A stretch of 64,000 bases of DNA from Gammaproteobacteria bacterium (lineage in GTDB: Bacteria; Pseudomonadota; Gammaproteobacteria; UBA4575): assembly GCA_965222615.1 (NCBI GenBank), contig CBDCUI010000008.1:736001-800000 (forward strand). Reading direction: 5' to 3'. Numbering within the stretch: position 1 is the first letter of the stretch; every line of letters starts with the position of its first letter. A program made the position numbers and the translations under genes. Shown here in pieces: positions 31,451 to 40,404 of this stretch. Under the pieces are notes generated by a model. That model was not told where the DNA came from. It saw only the letters and a list, made by a program, of their open reading frames with translations, and did no database searches.

Positions 31451-33339
31451 AATACTTCTCTTTTTTAATCAATCGCTGGTTTGCATTGTTGCACGATATT
31501 TTATGGATACCAGTTGCGTTAATACTGGCTTATTGGGTGAGATTCAATTTAGGAGCTATCCCTGATTACTATTGGCAAGGAATTTATCATCTATTGGTTG
31601 CAGCCTTAATTATTCAAACTGCTAGTTACTGGTATTTTGGTTTATATCGCGGCATTTGGAGATTTGCATCGATACCTGATATTTTGCAAATTACAAAAGC
31701 AGTGATCTTAGGAGTAAGCATTTCCGTACTAAGTGTTTTTTTAATATATAGATTACAAGCGACTCCTCGTTCGATATTAGTTTTATATCCGTTATTTTTG
31801 TTTCTTGGTTTGAGTGGACCACGATTATGTTATCGATGGTTTAAAGACCAACATTTATATCTAAAACAACCTCAGGGTAAACGTACTTTAATAGTGGGTG
31901 CAGGCCAAGCTGGCGAGATGTTAGTTCGTGATATGTTAAGAACAAATGAATATTTACCTATTGGATTCTTGGATGATTCGACTGAAAAAATTGGACGGGA
32001 TATTCATGGTGTACGTGTTCTTGGCGAACTTAATAAAATTAATTCTGTATTTGACTCCTACAATATTGAACTAGTAATTGTATGTATTCGGAATATTGGC
32101 GCGCCTGTAATGCGTGAAATATTAAAAGCTTGCAGCAATAATAATGTTGTATGCCAAACGATACCTTCATTAACAGAAGTAAATGATAACAATGTAAATA
32201 TATCTCGACTGAGAGATATTAATATTGAGGACCTATTAGGTCGTGAGATTGTCAAGCTAGATGATGAATCTATCAGTGAGTTCATTGAAAATGAATGTGT
32301 GTTAGTTACAGGTGCAGGTGGCTCAATTGGCTCCGAGCTGTGTCGTCAGACTTTAAGGTATCATCCTAAAAAGTTGATATTGCTTGAACAAAATGAGTTT
32401 AATTTATATACCATCACAAAAAATTTAGAGGATATAGAAAAAAATGCATATGTTGATATTGTTCCGCTACTATGTGATGTGCGGGATATAAAAGCGGTCG
32501 ATGATATTTTTATGCGTCATGGACCTAATATTGTTTTGCATGCGGCTGCCTATAAACATGTTCCTATAATAGAAGATAATGTAATAGAAGGTGTAAAGAC
32601 TAATATTTTCGGTACTAAAAAATTGGCCGAGGTTGCAGTTAAATATAAAGTAGATAAATTTGTAATGGTTTCTACTGATAAAGCCGTAAACCCAACTAGT
32701 TTGATGGGTGCAACCAAACGAGCAGCAGAAATATTTTGTCAAGTACTGGATTCACAAACTACGACTCAATTTATTACTACAAGATTTGGAAATGTCGTTG
32801 ATTCTACTGGTTCAGTAGTACCATTATTTAGAGAGCAAATTAAAAATGGGGGGCCCGTAACCGTAACACATCCGGAAATTTCACGTTATTTCATGAGCAT
32901 ACCTGAGGCGGTCAGTCTGATCTTACAAGCTGCTACAATGGGCGAAGGCGGTGAAATTTTTGTGCTCGATATGGGGGAGCCAGTTAAAATTTATGACTTG
33001 GCAAGGCAAATGATCCGATTATCTGGTTATGATCCAGATCATGATATAAAAATTGAAATAATTGGCTTGCGCCCAGGGGAAAAATTACATGAAGAACTTT
33101 TCCATGCATCCGAAAACCATACTGGCACTAAGCATCCTAAAATCTTATTGTCAGAATCACGTAAAGTTGACTGGGATATTTTTTCTTATCAGTTGGACGA
33201 AATTATTAGTGCCTGTAAACAAAGAGATGAACATAAAGTTATTGCATTACTGAAAAAAATTATTCCTGAATATGTGGAAAACCAAACTTTTTTAACTGGC
33301 GAAGGAACCAGCCAAGCAGCTCAAGAGACTATCCATTAA
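31447..33339 (+). CDS. wbpM: Membrane-bound UDP-GlcNAc 4,6-dehydratase (WbpM/CapD/PglF family)
   Basis: Four N-terminal TM segments, GAGQAG, VTGAGGSIGSEL, HAAAYKHVP, STDKAVNP, MGATKR. Confidence 0.92.
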   Translation: MKYFSFLINRWFALLHDILWIPVALILAYWVRFNLGAIPDYYWQGIYHLLVAALIIQTASYWYFGLYRGIWRFASIPDILQITKAVILGVSISVLSVFLIYRLQATPRSILVLYPLFLFLGLSGPRLCYRWFKDQHLYLKQPQGKRTLIVGAGQAGEMLVRDMLRTNEYLPIGFLDDSTEKIGRDIHGVRVLGELNKINSVFDSYNIELVIVCIRNIGAPVMREILKACSNNNVVCQTIPSLTEVNDNNVNISRLRDINIEDLLGREIVKLDDESISEFIENECVLVTGAGGSIGSELCRQTLRYHPKKLILLEQNEFNLYTITKNLEDIEKNAYVDIVPLLCDVRDIKAVDDIFMRHGPNIVLHAAAYKHVPIIEDNVIEGVKTNIFGTKKLAEVAVKYKVDKFVMVSTDKAVNPTSLMGATKRAAEIFCQVLDSQTTTQFITTRFGNVVDSTGSVVPLFREQIKNGGPVTVTHPEISRYFMSIPEAVSLILQAATMGEGGEIFVLDMGEPVKIYDLARQMIRLSGYDPDHDIKIEIIGLRPGEKLHEELFHASENHTGTKHPKILLSESRKVDWDIFSYQLDEIISACKQRDEHKVIALLKKIIPEYVENQTFLTGEGTSQAAQETIH

Positions 33340-33384
33340 GTGTTAAACATAATAATACTAAGTTAACAACTATCGGTCATCGTT

Positions 33385-34716
33385 ATGAAGAAAGTATTTG
33401 TTAAAACTCAGGGTTGCCAAATGAATGAATATGATTCAGAAAAAATACTAAATGTATTGAATCATAAAAGTGGTTTTGAGATGACAACAGATCCTGAGCA
33501 AGCAGATGTATTGTTATTAAATACTTGTTCGATACGCGAGAAGGCACAGGAAAAAGTATTTTCACAATTAGGGCAATGGCGCAAATTAAAAGAGAATAAT
33601 CCTAATGTACTAATCGGTGTGGGTGGTTGTGTGGCGAGTCAAGAAGGTGATGCTTTGGCTAAGCGTGCCAGACAAGTGGATGTTGTCTTTGGTCCTCAAA
33701 CCATACACCGATTGCCAGAACTGTTTCATCAAGCAGAAGAGGATAAAAAAACAGTTGTTGATATCTCGTTTCCTGAAATGGAAAAGTTTGATTGTTTACC
33801 TGAGCCTAGTTCTGATGGTCCAACCGCATATGTGTCAATCATGGAGGGTTGCAGTAAATATTGTACTTACTGTGTAGTTCCTTATACCAGAGGTGAGGAA
33901 TTTAGTAGACCATTGAATGGTGTGCTGCAAGAAATTCATATTTTAGCTGAGCAAGGTGTTCGTGAAGTAACTTTGTTAGGTCAAAACGTAAATGGATATC
34001 GTGGCTTGAATAAGAATGGAGAAATTATAGATTTTTCATTGCTACTTTACTATGTAAGTAAAATCGATGGTATTGAACGTATTCGTTATACTAGTTCCCA
34101 TCCCATTGAGTTTTCTGATAATTTAATTGATGCCTATGAGGATATACCCGAGCTAGTAAATCATATTCATTTGCCTGTACAAAGCGGTTCTGATCGAATA
34201 CTTGCTGCAATGAAACGTGGGCACACTGCTATCGAATATAAATCTAAAATAAAGAAATTAAGGAAACATCGGTCTGATATCAGTATTTCCTCAGATTTTA
34301 TTGTTGGTTTTCCGGGAGAGTCCGATCGAGATTTTCAGGATACAATAAAATTAGTCGAGGACATTAAATTTGACCAATCTTATAGTTTTATATATAGCCG
34401 AAGACCAGGGACTCCTGCAGCATTTTTTGAAGACGAGGTGCCATTAGAAACAAAAAAACACAGACTTGCTAGTTTGCAAGAAATAATTAATCAATTTTCT
34501 TCAGATTATGCTAAGTCTATGATTGGTACAGAGCAAACCGTTTTAGTAGAAGGATATTCAAAACATTCTGACCTTGAATATTCAGGCAGGACCGAAAATA
34601 ATCGTGTGGTAAACTTTAAAGCGCCTGAGAATGTCGTTGGTAAATTTGTGTGTTTACAGATTACAGATGCTTATTCTAATTCATTGCGTGGAGAATACCG
34701 TGCAACAACAGCTTAG
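33385..34716 (+). CDS. miaB: tRNA-2-methylthio-N6-dimethylallyladenosine synthase
   Basis: [14 protein letters not shown], radical-SAM motif CSKYCTYC, C-terminal TRAM domain. Confidence 0.98.
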   Translation: MKKVFVKTQGCQMNEYDSEKILNVLNHKSGFEMTTDPEQADVLLLNTCSIREKAQEKVFSQLGQWRKLKENNPNVLIGVGGCVASQEGDALAKRARQVDVVFGPQTIHRLPELFHQAEEDKKTVVDISFPEMEKFDCLPEPSSDGPTAYVSIMEGCSKYCTYCVVPYTRGEEFSRPLNGVLQEIHILAEQGVREVTLLGQNVNGYRGLNKNGEIIDFSLLLYYVSKIDGIERIRYTSSHPIEFSDNLIDAYEDIPELVNHIHLPVQSGSDRILAAMKRGHTAIEYKSKIKKLRKHRSDISISSDFIVGFPGESDRDFQDTIKLVEDIKFDQSYSFIYSRRPGTPAAFFEDEVPLETKKHRLASLQEIINQFSSDYAKSMIGTEQTVLVEGYSKHSDLEYSGRTENNRVVNFKAPENVVGKFVCLQITDAYSNSLRGEYRATTA

Positions 34717-35696
34717 TGGTATTTGAACATTTGTCAGCTGAACTTCATTCTGTAGATATCATTCTAGAACCTGCCGATAATCCGCGACTTGCAAATCTTT
34801 GTGGGCCTTTTAACGAGCATTTGCATCAACTAGAAGAAAGACTTGGCGTAGTAATCAACAATAGAGGAAATGCATTTTCAATTAGTGGTGAAGCAAAAGC
34901 TGCAAATGCTGCGGCGGAAGTATTAAAAGAACTCTACGACTCGACTGAAAATCAAAATTTGTCCTCTTCGTTAGTACATCTGCATTTGCAGGAATCAGAG
35001 CTAGCCAATATTGTTGATCGAGAGTTTAAGAAATCTCGAACTACTGTATATACGAAGCGAAGTGCCATTAAACCGCGCGGTACCAATCAAGAAGCATATA
35101 TAAGAGCGATTGAAGAAAGTGATCTGGTCTTTGGAGTAGGCCCTGCTGGTACAGGAAAAACATATTTAGCAGTAGCATGTGCGGTAGAAGCGCTTGAGCG
35201 AGATAATATTCGTAAGCTTGTATTAGTAAGGCCTGCGGTTGAGGCAGGTGAGCGACTCGGATTTTTACCTGGTGATCTCGCACAGAAAATCGATCCTTAT
35301 CTAAGACCCATGTATGACGCTCTTTTTGAGATGATGGGATATGAGAGGGTGAATAAACTAATCGACAGGAATGTTATCGAAATTGCTCCACTGGCCTATA
35401 TGCGGGGTCGTACCCTAAATGATGCATTTATCATTTTAGATGAAGCACAAAATACAACAAATGAACAAATGAAAATGTTTCTCACGCGTATTGGTTTTGG
35501 TTCTAAGGCAATAGTTACCGGTGATATAACCCAAATTGATTTACCTAACTCAAAAGAATCTGGATTGAAAAATGTCATTCGTATATTAAAGGGAACAGAG
35601 GGTATATCTTTTTGTGAATTTAATGCCAAGGATGTTGTACGTCACCCGCTTGTTAAAAAAATTATAAGGGCATACGAAAATAATAAGTCGGACTAG
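34716..35696 (+). CDS. phoH: PhoH-like ATPase (YbeZ)
   Basis: GPAGTGKT, RPAVEAGERLGFLPG, AYMRGRTL, DEAQN; exact start uncertain. Confidence 0.96.
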   Translation: MVFEHLSAELHSVDIILEPADNPRLANLCGPFNEHLHQLEERLGVVINNRGNAFSISGEAKAANAAAEVLKELYDSTENQNLSSSLVHLHLQESELANIVDREFKKSRTTVYTKRSAIKPRGTNQEAYIRAIEESDLVFGVGPAGTGKTYLAVACAVEALERDNIRKLVLVRPAVEAGERLGFLPGDLAQKIDPYLRPMYDALFEMMGYERVNKLIDRNVIEIAPLAYMRGRTLNDAFIILDEAQNTTNEQMKMFLTRIGFGSKAIVTGDITQIDLPNSKESGLKNVIRILKGTEGISFCEFNAKDVVRHPLVKKIIRAYENNKSD

Positions 35697-35710
35697 TATA
35701 TTTTTGAATC

Positions 35711-36157
35711 ATGGCAGTGAAATTAGACGTTCAATTTGCAGTAAACGATGAAAATATCCCTACAGCTTCAAAATTTAAAGTTTGGGCAGAGAAAATCCCT
35801 TCATCAGAAAACGAACAAAGCGCTTGTTTGCGGATAGTGGGTGAGCATGAAGCTAAGCAGCTCAATTCTCGCTACCGAAATATCGATAAGGCGACAAATG
35901 TCTTATCATTTCCAGCTGATATCCCAAGTGAACTTGGCCTAAATTTTCTTGGAGATATAGTTATTTGTGCGCCAGTAGTTTACCAAGAGGCGGTTGAACA
36001 AAATAAAGAGTTATTATCACACTGGGCGCATTTATTGGTGCACGGTATTTTACATTTGCAAGGTTATATGCATGATAGTGATGAGCAGGCTGCAGACATG
36101 GAAGCAATGGAAGTTGAAACTTTACGAAAATTAGGAATAGATAATCCATATTGCTAA
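35711..36157 (+). CDS. ybeY: rRNA maturation endoribonuclease YbeY
   Basis: [25 protein letters not shown]. Confidence 0.96.
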   Translation: MAVKLDVQFAVNDENIPTASKFKVWAEKIPSSENEQSACLRIVGEHEAKQLNSRYRNIDKATNVLSFPADIPSELGLNFLGDIVICAPVVYQEAVEQNKELLSHWAHLLVHGILHLQGYMHDSDEQAADMEAMEVETLRKLGIDNPYC

Positions 36158-36200
36158 TTCAAAGGTAATTGCGCGCCAATAAAAAAACACTAATTACACA

Positions 36201-37013
36201 ATGTTATCAAGTTTTATCTCTTCTATAAAAAAACTTTTCGAAAAAAATCCTGAAAATCGGGAGGAAATTGTTAATTTATTACGCAGATCAGAAAAGAGAA
36301 ATCTTATTGATAAAGATGCGCTAGATATGATTGAAGGCGCATTTAAAGTTTCTGAAATTCAAGTAAAAAATATCATGATTCCACGTTCTCAAATGGTAGT
36401 CGTTCGAGAAGGAACTTCTTTACAGGAAATGTTGCCAATTATCATAGATTCCGCTCATTCGAGGTTTCCTGTAATCGGTGATAGCCGTGATGAAGTTCTT
36501 GGTATTTTGCTTGCAAAAGATCTTCTTCGTTATTTCATCGAAGGTAGACAGGATCAATTTAGTTTAGAAGATGTTTTGCGTCCTGCTGTGGTTATTCCGG
36601 AATCAAAACGAGTCAACAAATTGTTAAATGAATTTAAAGATGGACGCAATCATATGGCAATTGTGGTTGACGAATATAGCAGTGTATCTGGTCTAGTAAC
36701 GATTGAAGATGTGCTTGAACAAATTGTTGGAGAAATCACTGACGAACACGATGTTGAAGAAGATCGATACATATTTGAACATTCAAAAGGAATATATGGT
36801 GTAAAGGCTCTCACGCCTATTGAGGATTTTAATGAATTTTTTTCCACACAATATAGTGATACTGATTTTGAGACATTTGGTGGATTAGTGCTGAGTAAAT
36901 TTGGACATTTGCCGAAAAAAGGTGAAAAAATTGAGTTTGATAAATTTAAAATAGAAGTGCTCAGAGCCGATAGGAGAAGGCTGCATCTCCTAAATGTATC
37001 ATTCCATTCCTGA
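36201..37013 (+). CDS. corC: CBS/CorC-domain magnesium/cobalt efflux-associated protein
   Basis: MIPRSQM, HSRFPV, HMAIVVDEY, TIEDVLEQIVGEI; ybeZ-ybeY-ybeX-lnt synteny. Confidence 0.93.
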   Translation: MLSSFISSIKKLFEKNPENREEIVNLLRRSEKRNLIDKDALDMIEGAFKVSEIQVKNIMIPRSQMVVVREGTSLQEMLPIIIDSAHSRFPVIGDSRDEVLGILLAKDLLRYFIEGRQDQFSLEDVLRPAVVIPESKRVNKLLNEFKDGRNHMAIVVDEYSSVSGLVTIEDVLEQIVGEITDEHDVEEDRYIFEHSKGIYGVKALTPIEDFNEFFSTQYSDTDFETFGGLVLSKFGHLPKKGEKIEFDKFKIEVLRADRRRLHLLNVSFHS

Positions 37014-37036
37014 TAATATTAGCAACATTAGTTTAA

Positions 37037-37248
37037 GGAAGCCTTGATTTATTCTGCTTAAATTAATTTTTTTGGTTGTTAAAAAATGTTTCGAAATGCT
37101 CATGTATTCGTATATGCACTCCACTTTGACTCGTACCTTCCCAGTGCTCGGCTTGCGGCTAGCAGAGCTTCCCAAATCTGCTCCCGGCAGATTTGTCTCA
37201 ACATTTTTTACCTCATCTTAGTCATTTCATTAATAAATCAGAATTTCC
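37037..37248 (+). mobile_element. MITE-like element, copy 1 (complete; TTAA flanks; nested hairpin cassette)
   Basis: Left end GGAAGCCTTGATTTATT and right end AATAAATCAGAATTTCC (13/17 inverted match); TTAA on both sides; homologous to three other intergenic copies. Confidence 0.8.
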
Positions 37249-37286
37249 TTAATACGTTGTAATTATTTATGCGCTAATGTGATCAG

Positions 37287-38798
37287 ATGTCTATTATATT
37301 TGAAAATAAATTTAAAATTATTGCAACAGCTGTTGCTGGGACAGTGATGGTTTGTGCTTTCGCGCCATTTTCCTATTGGTGGCTAACTTTCATTTGTCCA
37401 CTTGTTTTGTATATAAGCTTAATTAAAAGGACTCCAACAGAATCTTTTATCTTTGGTTTTATATTTGGTTTATTTTTCTTTGGGTTTGGTGTTCCCTGGA
37501 CATATAACAGTATTCATGAGTTCGGGCATGCACCAGTATTATTAAGCGCTTTTTTGGCAGCATTATTAGTTCTTGTGCTTGCGTTATTTCCGGCATTTGC
37601 TTCCTTAATAATGGCAAAACTTAAGTGTAATGAAAAATTGCATGTTATCAGTGCCCTGGCGTTTTCAGCATTGTGGGTATTGTTTGAATGGATAAGGGGT
37701 TGGTTCTTTACTGGTTTCCCGTGGTTGTTGGTGGGGCATGTGCATCACACAAGTCCGCTACAAGGAAGTATCCCTATTTTAGGAAGCTATGGTGCCTCGT
37801 GGTTAACCTTGCTGATCAGTGCTTTTGTTGTAGTGATAATAACAGGGCAAAACAGGCAAAAAGTAATTGCAAGTGCTTCGCTATTATTTGTGATTTTATT
37901 TTTATATATATCTACACAAATTCAGTGGACACATGCGGAAGATAGTGAATTAGATGTAGCGCTAGTGCAAGGGAATATTCCTCAAGAGATGAAATGGAAT
38001 CAAAAAATGCATCCTTATATTATGAATAAATATATGGAGTTAAGTGAAAATCACTTTGATGCAGATATTGTTGTATGGCCAGAAACTGCAATACCTACTT
38101 ATTACACTCTAGTTAAAGAAAATTTTATAAAAAAGTTAACAGAAACTTCTGAACACAAAAATGTGGAGTTTTTAGTGGGGCTGTTTACGTCTAATATTAA
38201 CAATGGAGAAGTTTACAATAGTGTTATGGCACTTGGAAAAGAATTAAGTTTTTATCAAAAACAACATTTGGTGCCATTTGGAGAATACATCCCGTTTCGT
38301 GGCTTGGTTTCTTTTTTGGAGGACTATATACAAGTCCCTATTGGTGATCTCGCCAATGGCGAGGGTAGGCCGCTAGTAAAATTGAAAGGGTATCCGGTCG
38401 GTACTTCCATATGCTATGAAGCCGTTTATGGAAACGAAATTATTGAAGCTATGCCCGATGCAAAATTACTAATCAACGTAAGTAATGACGCATGGTTTGG
38501 GGATTCACTAGCTCCCCATCAACATTTAGAAATTACACGGTCACGGGCAATTGAGACCGGTAGGTACTTATTGCGCGCTACCAATACTGGAATATCGGCT
38601 GTTATTTCTCCAGATGGCTCCATAATAAATAAATCTGCACAATTTCAAGAAGATGTTGTGCGAGCAAAAATTTATCCATATTCAGGACAGACGCCGTATT
38701 CGTGCTGGGGAAATTGGGCAATTGTCACAATTTTATTTAGTATTCTATTTATAATATGTCTATATCAATGGCGAGCACGATCTCGCAACACAGCGTAA
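37287..38798 (+). CDS. lnt: Apolipoprotein N-acyltransferase
   Basis: FTGFPW, VQGNI, WPETA, KQHLVPFGEY, ICYE, SNDAWFG, RATNTGIS. Confidence 0.97.
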   Translation: MSIIFENKFKIIATAVAGTVMVCAFAPFSYWWLTFICPLVLYISLIKRTPTESFIFGFIFGLFFFGFGVPWTYNSIHEFGHAPVLLSAFLAALLVLVLALFPAFASLIMAKLKCNEKLHVISALAFSALWVLFEWIRGWFFTGFPWLLVGHVHHTSPLQGSIPILGSYGASWLTLLISAFVVVIITGQNRQKVIASASLLFVILFLYISTQIQWTHAEDSELDVALVQGNIPQEMKWNQKMHPYIMNKYMELSENHFDADIVVWPETAIPTYYTLVKENFIKKLTETSEHKNVEFLVGLFTSNINNGEVYNSVMALGKELSFYQKQHLVPFGEYIPFRGLVSFLEDYIQVPIGDLANGEGRPLVKLKGYPVGTSICYEAVYGNEIIEAMPDAKLLINVSNDAWFGDSLAPHQHLEITRSRAIETGRYLLRATNTGISAVISPDGSIINKSAQFQEDVVRAKIYPYSGQTPYSCWGNWAIVTILFSILFIICLYQWRARSRNTA

Positions 38799-38832
38799 TA
38801 TATTGTTAACTCTATAATTAATTTAACTAATC

Positions 38833-40248
38833 ATGTCTATACCTTTGCTTTTACCAGTGGTGTTGTCGGGTGGATCCGGTACACGATTGTGGCCGCTTTC
38901 AAGAAAATTATATCCAAAACAATTTTTACCGCTGTACGAGGATAAAAGTTTATTCCAAGCTACTGTAGAAAGAGTTAAAGATTTAAATAATGTAGAAAGT
39001 TTGTTAGTCATTTGTAATGACGAACATCGCTTTATGGCGGCGGAGCAATTACGCCAAATGAGTGTTGAAGGCTCGGATATTATTTTGGAACCTGTGGGTC
39101 GTAATACTGCACCTGCAATAACCATTGCGGCGATGCATGCCATTAAAAAAACGCCAAATGCACAATTACTGATATTACCTGCAGATCATATCATTACAGA
39201 CCTACAACCATTCAACGATGCTGTTTCTGTTGCACAACAGGCTGCACAGGATAAGTTAGTAACTTTTGGTGTTGTACCAACACGCGCTGAAACTGGTTTT
39301 GGGTATATTAAACAAGTTAATAATGGTGATGAAAGATATTTTAAAGTAGAGGAGTTTGTTGAAAAACCTGATCAAGCAACTGCAGAAAAATATTTAGCCA
39401 GTGGAGATTATCTTTGGAACAGTGGTATGTTTTTATTTAGTGCTGAGATGTATTTAAAAGAGATTAAGCATCTGCAGCCGAAGATCTATGATGCCTGTGT
39501 TCAAGCTTATACTAATGGTGAGAAAGATCTGGATTTTATTCGTTTAGAAGAGCAATCGTTTGCGAATGCACCTGACATTTCGGTTGACTACGCAGTGATG
39601 GAAAAAACTGACCATGCAGCAGTGGTTCCATTAAAAAGCAGTTGGAGTGATGTTGGGTCTTGGCACGCCTTATGGGAATCTTTTGATAGAGATAAAGATG
39701 ACAATAGTACTCATGGAGATATCATAACGGAAGACTGTAGTGGTTGTTATATACATGCTAATAATAGGTTAGTAACAGCGGTAGGCTTAAGAGATCAAGT
39801 AATTATAGAAACCGCTGATGCAGTGTTAGTGACTTCAAGAGATCGTGCTCAAGAAGTTAAAACCATCGTAAATAAACTCAAGGAAGCTGATCGCACAGAA
39901 GTTGATATTCATCCTAAAGTTTATCGTCCCTGGGGGGCTTATGAAACAATAGATATTGAAGATCGCTTTCAAGTAAAGCGTATCACCGTATACCCAACCC
40001 AGAAATTATCCTTGCAAATGCATCATCATCGTGCTGAACACTGGATCGTTGTGAAAGGTACTGCTAAAGTCACGCGTGGTGAGGATGAATTTTTATTAAG
40101 TGAAAATGAATCGACTTACATTCCAATTGGTACTAAACATCGTTTGGAAAATCCTGGCATGATCCCACTAGAATTGATTGAAGTACAATCAGGCACCTAT
40201 TTAGGTGAAGATGATATTACAAGATTTGAAGATGTTTATGGCCGCTGA
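38833..40248 (+). CDS. manC: Mannose-1-phosphate guanylyltransferase/mannose-6-phosphate isomerase
   Basis: LSGGSGTRLWPLSR, EPVGRNTAPA, FVEKP, WNSGMF, cupin HHHRAEHW. Confidence 0.97.
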   Translation: MSIPLLLPVVLSGGSGTRLWPLSRKLYPKQFLPLYEDKSLFQATVERVKDLNNVESLLVICNDEHRFMAAEQLRQMSVEGSDIILEPVGRNTAPAITIAAMHAIKKTPNAQLLILPADHIITDLQPFNDAVSVAQQAAQDKLVTFGVVPTRAETGFGYIKQVNNGDERYFKVEEFVEKPDQATAEKYLASGDYLWNSGMFLFSAEMYLKEIKHLQPKIYDACVQAYTNGEKDLDFIRLEEQSFANAPDISVDYAVMEKTDHAAVVPLKSSWSDVGSWHALWESFDRDKDDNSTHGDIITEDCSGCYIHANNRLVTAVGLRDQVIIETADAVLVTSRDRAQEVKTIVNKLKEADRTEVDIHPKVYRPWGAYETIDIEDRFQVKRITVYPTQKLSLQMHHHRAEHWIVVKGTAKVTRGEDEFLLSENESTYIPIGTKHRLENPGMIPLELIEVQSGTYLGEDDITRFEDVYGR

Positions 40249-40404
40249 CAAATTTTGGCAGGTCCCACTTTAGTTTAATAAATCTATACTTAATAGTTGT
40301 TGAACACGACTATCCTAGCATTTGATTCATTATTTCATATTGAGTTAATGTGAATTGAGCTGCTATGCTCTCACGCTTTTAGATACTCAGATATTCGATC
40401 TTTT

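Larger units (their letters stand above)
8802..33339 (+). other. Surface polysaccharide (O-antigen-like) biosynthesis gene cluster, 21 co-directional genes
   Basis: Tightly packed nucleotide-sugar synthesis, flippase, glycosyltransferase, methyltransferase and initiator genes from gmd to wbpM; central part visibly AT-richer than the flanking housekeeping genes. Confidence 0.92.
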
